Positions 18,354-26,939 of a stretch of 35,730 bases of DNA are shown in pieces (position 1 is the stretch's first letter; each line of letters begins with the position of its first letter). Origin of the DNA: a virus. Lineage: Duplodnaviria; Caudoviricetes. Position numbers and translations under genes: made by a program. The stretch is from IMG/VR virus record IMGVR_UViG_3300033076_000104, positions 1 to 35,730 of that record, one strand, 5' to 3'. Under the pieces are notes generated by a model. The model was not told where the DNA came from and did not search any database. It saw nothing but the letters and a program-made list of their open reading frames with translations.

Positions 18354-19253
18354 TTACCGAATCTTGCCAGCTAATCGGGCTGCTTTCCACGCTTGGAATG
18401 TGCCATGAAACTCACCTTTTGAGTCTATGTTTACATCTAGAGCGTTTCCATTGCCTTTAATTGGCGAAATCGGCGCAGGTGCTTTACTAACAGATACAGG
18501 TCTAGCAGCAGGAGTTTCAACTTTCTCAAATCGAGCCTCTAACTTCCCAAGTTCACGCAATGCGCTTGCAACAGACAAACTGCTCAACTTCTCAGCAACT
18601 TGTGGATTCTCTGCTAAGTGATACAGGATTTTTGGCCCCACATCGCTCTCAAGAATCGCATCCCTAATCTGGTCACTCACAACCACATCAGATGACGCTA
18701 CCATGTCCTCGTAATCAGGAAGTTCAGCCTTCGCAGCCTCTAGCTTTTCGTTCCAAGATTTAATAACCTTTTCACGTTCTGCTTGGGCTTTGCGCTCTGT
18801 TTCTTCTTTCTCACGCTTTGCAATTGCTTGCTCTGCTGACCATTCTGCTAACGCTTCTGCATATTCAAAAGCATCAGAAAACTGGGCAGGCGTAGGCTTT
18901 TCATCCATGTTCCGAATCGGTTGAGGATTCGATTGCTGTTCTAAAGCCTTTAAACGAGCCTCAAGAGCCTCTCTAGCTTCACGCTCTTTAGCAGCTTCTT
19001 GTCTCGCTGCTTCACGTTGCTTAGTTAGCTCTGAAAATCGCTTTTCTAACTTAGGATTCTGCTTTTTCTCTGTATCAGTTGCTTCCTTCTCAGCCTCTAC
19101 TGGTTCACTCGACTCCTCTTGCTCTGCTATCGGCTCTGCTTCTTCAGCAGCCACAATCTCAGGCTCTTGGCTCGCTAAACCTAATTTTTGTGCTTGAAAT
19201 TCAGCTAAATTCTCACTTGTTACAACATTACTTGCTTGTCTTGTATCTGACAT
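18354..19253 (-). CDS. Scaffolding protein
   Basis: Acidic coiled-coil between portal and coat; KRFSELT, GPKILYHLA.NP, SKAPAPISP motifs. Confidence 0.9.
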   Translation of the reverse strand: MSDTRQASNVVTSENLAEFQAQKLGLASQEPEIVAAEEAEPIAEQEESSEPVEAEKEATDTEKKQNPKLEKRFSELTKQREAARQEAAKEREAREALEARLKALEQQSNPQPIRNMDEKPTPAQFSDAFEYAEALAEWSAEQAIAKREKEETERKAQAEREKVIKSWNEKLEAAKAELPDYEDMVASSDVVVSDQIRDAILESDVGPKILYHLAENPQVAEKLSSLSVASALRELGKLEARFEKVETPAARPVSVSKAPAPISPIKGNGNALDVNIDSKGEFHGTFQAWKAARLAGKIR

Positions 19254-19302
19254 GAGTTACCTCAAGAATTAACCCAGTTTACCTAACTGGTAAGGTTTGA
19301 AT

Positions 19303-19333
19303 ATTATATATATTACTTTTTGCTACTTGTCAA
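19303..19333 (-). promoter_or_regulatory. Putative internal promoter for scaffold/coat (TTGACA-N17-TATATA or N19-TATAAT), followed by a 6-bp hairpin at 19274-19290
   Basis: Perfect -35 overlapping the portal stop; AT-rich intergenic region; CCAGTT-N5-AACTGG inverted repeat upstream of the scaffold RBS. Confidence 0.5.
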
Positions 19334-21444
19334 TAACGTTGATTTTGCTCATCGTCAATGTCTTGAACTGCAATATTTGCCGCAGTTGCTTGCTGCGCTT
19401 CACGACTGGCTATCTCTTTCTCAAGCCTAGCTGTGTCCATGTGGTGCAGCAAAAGTTGAACAATTGCGTCAATTTCAGTCTTGTTTTGACTTGTAATCGC
19501 TCTAGTGTTTTGGTCATTAACCTTAACTTCAGCCATTGTTTCTGTGTTGTGCGCCTTAGCAGTCACATCCATCAGTTTGCGCTTAGTTTCAGCATCTTGC
19601 TTGACTTGCTCAATGTCCTGACGTTGTTTGATAGTCATTTGCAGCGCTTGATTCTGTTGCTGAAGCTGCTCAATAGCTTTTTGAGACTGAGCTAACTGCA
19701 TCTGCACTTGCGGAGGAATGTCAGACTTGTCGTCAATCTGAGCCAGCGGGTTAACCGCAGCCAATCTGTCAGCAATGATTTCAGCGCCAGGGAAATCCAT
19801 GTTCCTGAACACCAAATCGCCAGCAACGTTAAACAATTGTTCATTACCGTTAATCAGGGGCATCATTGCTTCAACTGCTGCTTGACGCTTGCTGTTAAAA
19901 CCAGGGCCAGTTTCCATGACCACATCGTATTCGCCAACAGTCACATCGTTCAGAATCTTGTGAACGCCTTGCTCGTCTTGTGAGTGTTCATTGATTGTTA
20001 CAAGGTCAGGCTTCCCATCAGCGCCAATAATCCGCATCACACGCTGTGTGTCATAGATTTTAGGAACCAAGTCCAGAATAATCTTCCCTGTGTGACGTAT
20101 TGAACGAGTCAAATTGTCATAGAAGTGGAAGTTAGTCAAATCAATCTGTTGCTGCTGACCGTTCAGGGCTTTGCCTGAAATGTTGCCAGTTGCCATTTGA
20201 TTGGGGTCAAAAATGCCCAACACAGCTTGCAAATCAGCGTTGATTGTTTGAGAAGCAGACAAAATCCCTGCTGGAGGAGGCTCAGGTTGCAAGCGCTGAG
20301 GAGGAGGCGCAGGCATCCCTTCAATGTCTTTTTGCTTGTAACGCAGTACAGGAGCAGACTTGACGTTAGCTTGCGCCCAATCAACTTCATGCCCTTCGTC
20401 TTGTCCTTCAGCAAGCAGCCACTTGGCTTTAGGAGCCAGCGCAACAGACTCTGTTAAAGAAGTCTGCCAGAAGTTATACATCCGTTGCGGGTCTTTAGCG
20501 TTGCGAACTACGCCAAAACGCCTACGCTTGTTCTCAACAACGATTTGCTCGCCGTACACAGGCACAACTGGGATGAACTTGCCAGCCCAAACGCCTTCCT
20601 CAAGAATCTCCATCGCTGTGAGTTTGCACCATTTAATAACCTTTTTAACAGTCGGGCGCTTGTTCTCAACAGTAATTCCAGCGGCGTCAAGCACTTCCTG
20701 CTTGGGCATCTCATCTTCGTAGACTGTAGTTCCATCAGATAATTGAACCAGATTCGTTTTCTTGCGTTCTGTGTAGAAGTACTCAGCTACACGAATGTCA
20801 TCACGCTCAATCCAGTTGGCCCAATTGTCTCCTGTGCCTCTTAGGGTAAACCCTTGACCGTCATCAGCGCCAGGGTATCGGACCCTGAACTCAGCTTTAG
20901 TCATTACTTCAGTAATCAGCACCTTTTCTGCGTCAGAGCCATCAGGCTGCACAGAGTTAGGGTCAAAGTACACAGTAAAAGGGTTGTGTATCTGCTCAAT
21001 GAAAATATCTTGGTCAAAACTATCGTCACGAACGTAGTTTGTTGTAACTCGCCAGTAGCCCCAACCCATACGCACAGCATAGTCAAACGCATGGTCATAC
21101 GCATTGTCAGCGTCTGAGTTAACTTCAATGTGGCGTGTAATGCCCTCAAGAATTTCAGCTACTTTAGCGTCAGATTCGTTGTTCATCCCATGCACTTTGA
21201 TGCGAGGGCGCTGCTGACGTTGCTGATTGGTGATTTGTTTGATGTATGTATCAACTTTGTTGATAGTCAAACAAGGGCGAGATTCTAAGTTTCTGCTGTT
21301 TTGAACTTCAACAGGCCATTGGTCCCCTGCTGAGAAACGCACATCGTCTAGTGCTTCTGCTCTGTTATTGCTGTCGGCTTCGTTTGCGAGGCGCAGAAAC
21401 TCCATCGCTTCTTCGATTTTGCCGCTTGAGTCTGTATCTTCCAT
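19330..21444 (-). CDS. Portal protein (P22 gp1-like)
   Basis: GDQW...RPCLTINK, GVVRNAKDPQRMYN, SGKAL, G.YDV..ETGP, Gln-rich C-terminal barrel; 704 aa. Confidence 0.95.
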   Translation of the reverse strand: MEDTDSSGKIEEAMEFLRLANEADSNNRAEALDDVRFSAGDQWPVEVQNSRNLESRPCLTINKVDTYIKQITNQQRQQRPRIKVHGMNNESDAKVAEILEGITRHIEVNSDADNAYDHAFDYAVRMGWGYWRVTTNYVRDDSFDQDIFIEQIHNPFTVYFDPNSVQPDGSDAEKVLITEVMTKAEFRVRYPGADDGQGFTLRGTGDNWANWIERDDIRVAEYFYTERKKTNLVQLSDGTTVYEDEMPKQEVLDAAGITVENKRPTVKKVIKWCKLTAMEILEEGVWAGKFIPVVPVYGEQIVVENKRRRFGVVRNAKDPQRMYNFWQTSLTESVALAPKAKWLLAEGQDEGHEVDWAQANVKSAPVLRYKQKDIEGMPAPPPQRLQPEPPPAGILSASQTINADLQAVLGIFDPNQMATGNISGKALNGQQQQIDLTNFHFYDNLTRSIRHTGKIILDLVPKIYDTQRVMRIIGADGKPDLVTINEHSQDEQGVHKILNDVTVGEYDVVMETGPGFNSKRQAAVEAMMPLINGNEQLFNVAGDLVFRNMDFPGAEIIADRLAAVNPLAQIDDKSDIPPQVQMQLAQSQKAIEQLQQQNQALQMTIKQRQDIEQVKQDAETKRKLMDVTAKAHNTETMAEVKVNDQNTRAITSQNKTEIDAIVQLLLHHMDTARLEKEIASREAQQATAANIAVQDIDDEQNQRY

Positions 21445-21445
21445 G

Positions 21446-22705
21446 CTATCCCATCCAGGTTGAAGGCATTGCGTAACTTGTCTTTTTAGGCGTTCCTCGC
21501 TTCGGCTCGTTTACAGCCATTGCAACATACCTAAACGCATCAGCGCCATGAGAATACTGGTCATGTAGCGGTTGACGGCTAAACATTTTTGTGTCAGGGT
21601 CTACGTCATAGCGATAATGGCGTAAGCATTGTAACCCCTCGTAAGTATTTTCTCTATCAAAATAACACTTAGGAAATATGGTTCTAGCCGCATTTATGCT
21701 GTCTACAACAGGAATTCGAGGCAAAACCTGTGTTTTTATGCCAGTTGCCCGCACAATTTCTTCGATGCTCTTGCCTGTGCCTAAAGACTTGTTTTGAGCG
21801 TCATGGGGCAACCAAATCGTGTCAAAGACGTAACCAAACGTCTGCATCTTGGCTAAATAATGGCTAATTGTCTGTTGGCTGTCCTCCATGTAGCGGATTA
21901 GCCTGATGTCATAGCCTATAAACTGAACAAACCAAATAGCTGTGTTATCTGCCCAGCCCAAGTCAAACACAGCGTGGACAGGCTTGATTGGGTCGTAAGC
22001 CACCCTAGTGATTCTGTTGTCAATCTCAGCAAACTGCATCTCTTTAGCAAAGATTGCGCCGTCTACTGTCAGCCTGCACATCCCTTCCCAGACTGTTTGA
22101 TACGCTTCTGGGTCCCTATCCTTCAGCGCCACACGCTCTAAATCTAGGGTTTCAGGGAACCAAGGATTGTCAGAATAGTTGATTTTCTGAACTATTGCGT
22201 TCTCAGGCGGGTGTACAACAAAGCGCTGATAGGTCTCATCAGTTTCTAACTCAGGGTTAAAACTTACCCAAATCTCTGAGCCTTCCTTACGGATTGTCGG
22301 GATAAGCACGTTCCAGGACAAACGGCTCACAGTTTGAGCTTCCTCAACCCAGCAGATGTCCACGCCCTCATAGGACTTGACGTTTGCTACGTTGTTCTTA
22401 AGGCCAACAAAGCTGAACTCTGAGCCGTTCTTGCCTCTGATGCTGTTTTGAGTGATTTCAAACAAAGAAACCATGCCCATCGCTGTGATTTGGTCAGTCA
22501 ACAGCTTATGCACAGAGTCACGCATTGAAGTCATAAACTCACGAGCGCACAGAATCCGTAATGGCTCTTTAGCTGCTTTGATTAACAGCGCTCTAGCGAT
22601 GCCCCAAGACTTTGCGCCGCCACGACCGCCATAGAGCACCTTGTAGCGGCTTTTCTCAAACAAGCAAGCCAGCTTTAGCGGGAACTCGACATTACTCTCG
22701 CTCAT
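21446..22705 (-). CDS. terL: Terminase large subunit (PBSX-family-like)
   Basis: YGGRGGAKS Walker A, CWVEEAQ Walker B, SFNP, DLG..D and SHGADAFRY nuclease motifs. Confidence 0.95.
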   Translation of the reverse strand: MSESNVEFPLKLACLFEKSRYKVLYGGRGGAKSWGIARALLIKAAKEPLRILCAREFMTSMRDSVHKLLTDQITAMGMVSLFEITQNSIRGKNGSEFSFVGLKNNVANVKSYEGVDICWVEEAQTVSRLSWNVLIPTIRKEGSEIWVSFNPELETDETYQRFVVHPPENAIVQKINYSDNPWFPETLDLERVALKDRDPEAYQTVWEGMCRLTVDGAIFAKEMQFAEIDNRITRVAYDPIKPVHAVFDLGWADNTAIWFVQFIGYDIRLIRYMEDSQQTISHYLAKMQTFGYVFDTIWLPHDAQNKSLGTGKSIEEIVRATGIKTQVLPRIPVVDSINAARTIFPKCYFDRENTYEGLQCLRHYRYDVDPDTKMFSRQPLHDQYSHGADAFRYVAMAVNEPKRGTPKKTSYAMPSTWMG

Positions 22706-23102
22706 CAGGCTTCACAAAAGTGACTTGAATACCTGTCAGCAGCGGAGCGCCATCAGCTCCTGTAATCTCTGTCTTTGTTTCCTGTCTGTACTTCTTAGGA
22801 AAGCGAGCAGCCATGCTGCGTGACCAAATAGAAGCGTTGAGTTTTGCTGCGTCTTTATGCTCTAGCATATAAGCTGCTGCTTGTTCTTCCCACCACGCTT
22901 GCTCATAAGTTTTAGCTTCTTCCAAGGCTTGCGAAAATTCTTCGTGCCTGTCACGCCATTCATACAAAGTTCTTATAGGCGTGTTTAAGTTATAACAAAT
23001 TTGTTCAATAGATTTGCCTAGTTTGCCTAGTTCTACGACTTTCTCGCAATATGCGGGGTCGTATGTTGTAGGTCTACCAACTGGGCGTTTTTCTTCAGTC
23101 AT
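22692..23102 (-). CDS. terS: Terminase small subunit
   Basis: GRPTTY N-terminus, HTH with TLYEW...HEEF, EITGADGAPL C-terminus; upstream of terL. Confidence 0.9.
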   Translation of the reverse strand: MTEEKRPVGRPTTYDPAYCEKVVELGKLGKSIEQICYNLNTPIRTLYEWRDRHEEFSQALEEAKTYEQAWWEEQAAAYMLEHKDAAKLNASIWSRSMAARFPKKYRQETKTEITGADGAPLLTGIQVTFVKPDERE

Positions 23103-24097
23103 TTGATTGGTTGATTGTTTCGTTCAAGGATTGTTAGATGATTAGGGTCAAAAACGACAAAATTGCGAGTTCCAACCATTTTATGTTTTGTTTGAAATCC
23201 TTCAGCCTGTTTTTCTTTTGCGTATTGTTCCGCTTGTTCTTTAGTAGCGTATTCACTAGTGGCATACGGTTTGCCTTTATGTAATATTTCTACTTGATAA
23301 GGCGACCATCTGCTTTTTTCATCTAAATATTTAATGCCTCTGATTCCTGCTTGCTCAAGAATTTGTTTACCTTCTTCGCCTTTTCCAACTTTAGCCAATA
23401 AATCACCGCCAAGGTCATTTAAGTCCATTCCCAATGATTTAGCCAACTTTCTAACAATAGTGGGCTGATTTTTAAGTGGTTCATCCCAATCCAGCATCCT
23501 GCGAATATGGGTGTCAGGCAAATCAACTTTATAAAATCCGCCTTTGTCTGTTGCTTGAATTGCAAGCTGTATATCTTTGTCTGTAATTGATTTGTAAGCC
23601 TTTTTCATTTCCTCTGGAATTTTTTCTAAAGGATAATTTGCTTGTCTAAAACTTTCAACAGCATGAACAAAAGCAGGGTCAGAAGGCTGCTGATTTAAAT
23701 CGGTTCGACCAGCAAGAGACCTTCTATATTCTTCTGCAACATTTGGGCTTTGAGCCATATACATACCTTTACCGTATGCTTGCGCCCCCTCGCCAGTTCC
23801 AATTTTTGAAAGGTCAAAACGCTCAAAAATGTGTGGCGAGCCGTGATAAACAGTCATCCCAACAGGGTTATAAGACTCTGCCAAAAGGTCTGATAGTTCT
23901 TGTTGAGCAGGTCCTATAAGTGAGCCTGTTCTTTTTAATTCATCAGCAGCAGAGTAAGTCATCTGATTTAGATTTCTTGCTCTGTCGTTAGCGTAGCCAA
24001 GCATTTGTTCAATACTTGTTACAGGATTCTGTACTGTATCAGCTAGTTTTCGTTTGAAAGTGTTAGCTGCGCTGTAGATGTCTGCTAATGTAGCCAT
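23099..24097 (-). CDS. Putative ADP-ribosyltransferase (ART-PolyVal-like domain)
   Basis: VYHGSPHIFERFDLSKIGTGEGAQAYGKGMY...Y.VD...GI.GIKY.D...NFVVFD motif series. Confidence 0.7.
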   Translation of the reverse strand: MATLADIYSAANTFKRKLADTVQNPVTSIEQMLGYANDRARNLNQMTYSAADELKRTGSLIGPAQQELSDLLAESYNPVGMTVYHGSPHIFERFDLSKIGTGEGAQAYGKGMYMAQSPNVAEEYRRSLAGRTDLNQQPSDPAFVHAVESFRQANYPLEKIPEEMKKAYKSITDKDIQLAIQATDKGGFYKVDLPDTHIRRMLDWDEPLKNQPTIVRKLAKSLGMDLNDLGGDLLAKVGKGEEGKQILEQAGIRGIKYLDEKSRWSPYQVEILHKGKPYATSEYATKEQAEQYAKEKQAEGFQTKHKMVGTRNFVVFDPNHLTILERNNQPIK

Positions 24098-24106
24098 GAA
24101 AAATCC

Positions 24107-24253
24107 TCATTTTTTCTTCTGAGGCATTTTAGCCGCTTCTCGCTTCTCTGAATACGCAATAGCTACAGCCTGCTTGACAGGTTTTCCTGCTTTGACTTCA
24201 GCTTTGATGTTCTCTTTAAACGCCTTGGCGCTTGTGCTTTTCTTCAGAGGCAT
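24107..24253 (-). CDS. Small basic conserved phage protein (48 aa, MPLKKSTSAKAFKENI...GKPVKQAVAIAY), not in the ORF track
   Basis: AAGGA RBS; MPLKK...NI...G.P.KQAVAIA pattern seen near head genes of P22-like phages. Confidence 0.8.
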   Translation of the reverse strand: MPLKKSTSAKAFKENIKAEVKAGKPVKQAVAIAYSEKREAAKMPQKKK

Positions 24254-24264
24254 AACTTTTCCTT

Positions 24265-24310
24265 AAAAAGAAGGGTACTCGCTGCACCTTTCGGCATCCG
24301 CTTTCCCCTC
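24265..24310 (-). ncRNA. Candidate structured RNA element / atypical terminator with loop-E-like internal loop and GNRA tetraloop
   Basis: GAGGG-GAAA-GC-GGA-UGCC-GAAA-GGUGCA-GC-GAGUA-CCCUUC-UUUUU in the intergenic region after groES. Confidence 0.5.
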
Positions 24311-24319
24311 GTTGCTCTC

Positions 24320-24613
24320 TCACTCTACAACAAAACAAACGTCTTGCCATGACATGACTAAGTATTTCTCATTATTGTCTGTAAATTCAAAATATTTCAA
24401 GTACTCATCGTTGCCCATTGTGCCAAAACGTATTTTTTGACCCACTTCTACAGGCATAGGGCCTCGAGTGCCATCCTCTTGCATTTTGCCAGGACCTACT
24501 GCTAGGACTGTCCCCATATTGGGCTTTTCATCCATCACCACAGCTATTACTTCGCTTTTTACTCGTTCTTCAGGCTTTACAAGTATCTTGTCGCCCATCA
24601 TTCTGTAATTCAT
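24320..24613 (-). CDS. groES: Co-chaperonin GroES-like protein
   Basis: GDKILVK...EKPNMGTVLAVGPGK..DG.R.PM.VEVG..I.F...YLVM...DV; 97 aa. Confidence 0.9.
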   Translation of the reverse strand: MNYRMMGDKILVKPEERVKSEVIAVVMDEKPNMGTVLAVGPGKMQEDGTRGPMPVEVGQKIRFGTMGNDEYLKYFEFTDNNEKYLVMSWQDVCFVVE

Positions 24614-24816
24614 TGCTTTGCTGGCCTTCCTCTTTTCTTAATCGTTTCTTCAGATTGCACAACAATAGGCGCAGTTGAAGGCGCTGTTAATGCGTATTCT
24701 CCGCACCAGTCGTTTGCGTGTTTGTTTAGAGAAGTAGGAAAACGCCGACAAACGCCAATTTGTTGCGTTTCAGCGAAATGCTTGCAAGTTTTGCAAGTAA
24801 AATTCATGTCAGCCAC
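24610..24816 (-). CDS. Small 4-Cys metal-binding protein with basic KKRGRP tail
   Basis: CKTCKHF...CRRFP...DWCGEY; GTG start; stop overlaps groES start. Confidence 0.7.
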   Translation of the reverse strand: MADMNFTCKTCKHFAETQQIGVCRRFPTSLNKHANDWCGEYALTAPSTAPIVVQSEETIKKRGRPAKQ

Positions 24817-24843
24817 TTGATTCCTGCTCCTATCTTGTGGTTA

Positions 24844-24878
24844 GAAGCGTCTAAGTTGGGGATGAACTTAGGCGCTTC
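24844..24878. promoter_or_regulatory. 14-bp intergenic hairpin
   Basis: GAAGCGTCTAAGTT-ggggatg-AACTTAGGCGCTTC (one G-U pair on the plus strand). Confidence 0.6.
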
Positions 24879-24884
24879 GCCTTT

Positions 24885-25115
24885 TCAGCGGTACTCTGAA
24901 CGGTCGTGAACGTAGCAAATGCCTTCAGTACGGCCTGTGTTAAACAGTTTGTCTTTGCCGACTGCGTCTTCTTTGCCCATGCCAACGCCGCCAGTCACTT
25001 TGCCTGTGCGCTCGCCAGTACGGTCAGACGATGTAGCACCTTTAGGCGGTGTTGCGCCAGTTGTGCTAGGAACGCCTTTGCTTGAATCCATCTTGCCCAT
25101 GTTGTTTTCCTTCAT
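24885..25115 (-). CDS. Small Gly/Thr/Lys-rich hypothetical protein (start may be ATG 25100)
   Basis: Open frame; AAGGA precedes ATG 25100. Confidence 0.65.
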   Translation of the reverse strand: MKENNMGKMDSSKGVPSTTGATPPKGATSSDRTGERTGKVTGGVGMGKEDAVGKDKLFNTGRTEGICYVHDRSEYR

Positions 25116-25129
25116 GTTTGGAAATTACA

Positions 25130-25417
25130 TTATACAGAATCCGCATAGCCATGAGTGCCCTGCGGTATCTTCGGCTTAATAATAGCATCATATTTACCAT
25201 CAAGCAATGCTATGCCTGCATCTTGTAAATACTTTTGTATTGTGTAGTTTGGCGACTCTTCGCCAACCCGCAGCAACATTTTCGCAGCATCCTGAGTAGC
25301 TGTGATGTACGCTGCTTTGTAAACTAGCCAGCAAATATCATCCTCAGAGATATGCCCATCTTTGAATGTCGCCTTGTAACTTTGTTTGATGTGTTCTTCC
25401 ATTATTTGCCCAACCAT
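25130..25417 (-). CDS. Hypothetical protein
   Basis: Fills the operon between neighbours on the coding strand. Confidence 0.55.
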   Translation of the reverse strand: MVGQIMEEHIKQSYKATFKDGHISEDDICWLVYKAAYITATQDAAKMLLRVGEESPNYTIQKYLQDAGIALLDGKYDAIIKPKIPQGTHGYADSV

Positions 25418-25815
25418 GTTTTGTTAATTCCTGTTGTAAGACCAACTGTGCGTCTTGGGTAAATCCGTTCGCCTTCTCTCAGGCTGGGGATTTCCATGAA
25501 GTCGTATGCGCCAGGTCGGTGGCAAGTCCTGCCAAGTTCTGCGCCATCATATTTGCCTGTGTGCATAAAACGCTCTACACGCTCTTTTTTGGGCTTGGGT
25601 GTGTCTACATACCCTTTTGCTCGTTCCATCGCATATACGGTCGCATCTTTTGTTATGACAATAAGTTTGTCATCCATGCGCTCAAGTACTTTTTTCCAAT
25701 GGTAAGTCTTTTGCGTCTTATCTTTTTTCACACATTTTTCTAACAACGCCTCAACTGTCATTTCATCGTTGCCAAGAATTTGTAACACAGTTTTTTGATT
25801 ATCAGTTAAATACAT
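25402..25815 (-). CDS. Hypothetical protein, possible N-terminal winged helix
   Basis: AAGGAG RBS; LTDNQKTVLQILG..EMTVEAL pattern; C-terminal RPGAYDF..IPSL. Confidence 0.6.
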   Translation of the reverse strand: MYLTDNQKTVLQILGNDEMTVEALLEKCVKKDKTQKTYHWKKVLERMDDKLIVITKDATVYAMERAKGYVDTPKPKKERVERFMHTGKYDGAELGRTCHRPGAYDFMEIPSLREGERIYPRRTVGLTTGINKTWLGK

Positions 25816-25825
25816 TCTTTTCTCC

Positions 25826-26080
25826 TTAGTATTTGAATCGGGGGGCGCACGTTACATCAGCAACAATATCTGTCAGATAACCATTGATTCTGCGTTTAGC
25901 AAAAATCATGTTTGCTCGTAAGCCTGAAGCCTCGCACTCTTGAACAGCTACGATTACCTCGTTTCTGCTCATCGCTTGAACTTCTTTATCCAAAATCATC
26001 GTCTGTTGGGGATAGGTGCGTTCAACTGTTGAACTGCACCCTGCTAATACCATCAATCCTACACAAATCAATCTTTTCAT
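25826..26080 (-). CDS. Small lipoprotein
   Basis: MKR + hydrophobic stretch + LAGC lipobox; two further Cys. Confidence 0.75.
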   Translation of the reverse strand: MKRLICVGLMVLAGCSSTVERTYPQQTMILDKEVQAMSRNEVIVAVQECEASGLRANMIFAKRRINGYLTDIVADVTCAPRFKY

Positions 26081-26094
26081 ATATTACTTTCTAG

Positions 26095-26340
26095 TTAAAA
26101 AGGAATCGAATCACTATTGGGCTTTGCTTGCTCATCTTTAGCTTTAACAGCCAAGCTGAAGAATTTGTCAATGCCTGATGTAGCCAGCTTAGAGCCTTCT
26201 TTTGAGTCTTTGACCCATCCTGACAGCCAATATTCACGCCCTTCAACGTTGATTGTTCCAGCGAAATCAGGGTGCTTTGTCTCAGTCTTGCGGTTGTTGC
26301 GGTGCAAAATGCCTGAATTGGTATTGTCAAAAGTTGTCAT
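26095..26340 (-). CDS. Single-stranded DNA-binding protein-like (DUF736-type)
   Basis: HPDFAGTINVEGREYWLSGW motif and SSB-like DSIPF C-terminus; follows recombination genes. Confidence 0.75.
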   Translation of the reverse strand: MTTFDNTNSGILHRNNRKTETKHPDFAGTINVEGREYWLSGWVKDSKEGSKLATSGIDKFFSLAVKAKDEQAKPNSDSIPF

Positions 26341-26939
26341 AATTTCTCCAGTTGTTTCAATTTAAGTTCAAGTTCGTTTAAGAATTTTTTAACTTCATCC
26401 TCAAGCATCGTCAAATAGGCTTTGTCAGGCGTAAACCTTGTAACAAATAACTGCAAATGCTCAGGGAAGTCTTGATTATACGAAACGAAATCGCACCAGT
26501 CACGACCAGTACATAAGCATTGCCAAGCCATCTGAGGCTTGTACTTTTCAGGAACTACACCACCCAGGACATACTCCAAGTGACTACCTGAGCGAGGACA
26601 CTTAATCTCAATAAGACCTTCGCCAACTAAACCATCAGGGCTTGCGCCTGTCATCGCTATTGATGGATGAGCAATAAATCCAACTTCCTCAACTGTTGAG
26701 TTTGTTTGAATCTCATACATTGCTCTAGCGATAGGCTCAAGTTCTACGCCGCGCTCCATGTCTGCGTTTGTATAACTTTCTGCTTGCTTGCTAGTCAGGC
26801 GCTCGCAAATTAGCTGCGCCATGTAGTTAGCTCTTGTTGCAGAATAGCCTGACTTTGTTTTAGCAATGACATCAGCTACTCGTGAAGCTGTAACTTTTCC
26901 AAGCCTGTCAGCAAACCAACTTTTTGTGCGCTGCTCCAT
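26337..26939 (-). CDS. YqaJ / lambda-exonuclease-family recombination nuclease
   Basis: MEQRT..W...RLGKVTAS, M.RG.ELEP.AR, GASPDGLV, IEIKCP, Y..QM.WQ, WCDFVSY. Confidence 0.95.
   Translation of the reverse strand: MEQRTKSWFADRLGKVTASRVADVIAKTKSGYSATRANYMAQLICERLTSKQAESYTNADMERGVELEPIARAMYEIQTNSTVEEVGFIAHPSIAMTGASPDGLVGEGLIEIKCPRSGSHLEYVLGGVVPEKYKPQMAWQCLCTGRDWCDFVSYNQDFPEHLQLFVTRFTPDKAYLTMLEDEVKKFLNELELKLKQLEKL

Noticed and set aside
18325-18390. N-terminal extension of the coat ORF (441 aa) in the track
   Set aside because: Overlaps the scaffold end; GGAG RBS and the family-typical MANNLLT start point to ATG 18324.
430-22634. Numerous plus-strand ORFs of 60-130 aa opposite the structural genes
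   Set aside because: Antisense shadows of well-supported minus-strand genes, without RBS context or recognisable motifs.
24610-24816. Calling the 4-Cys protein a HiPIP auxiliary metabolic gene
   Set aside because: Cys spacing is only loosely similar, there is no export signal, and a basic KKRGRP tail suggests a nucleic-acid-binding metal finger instead.
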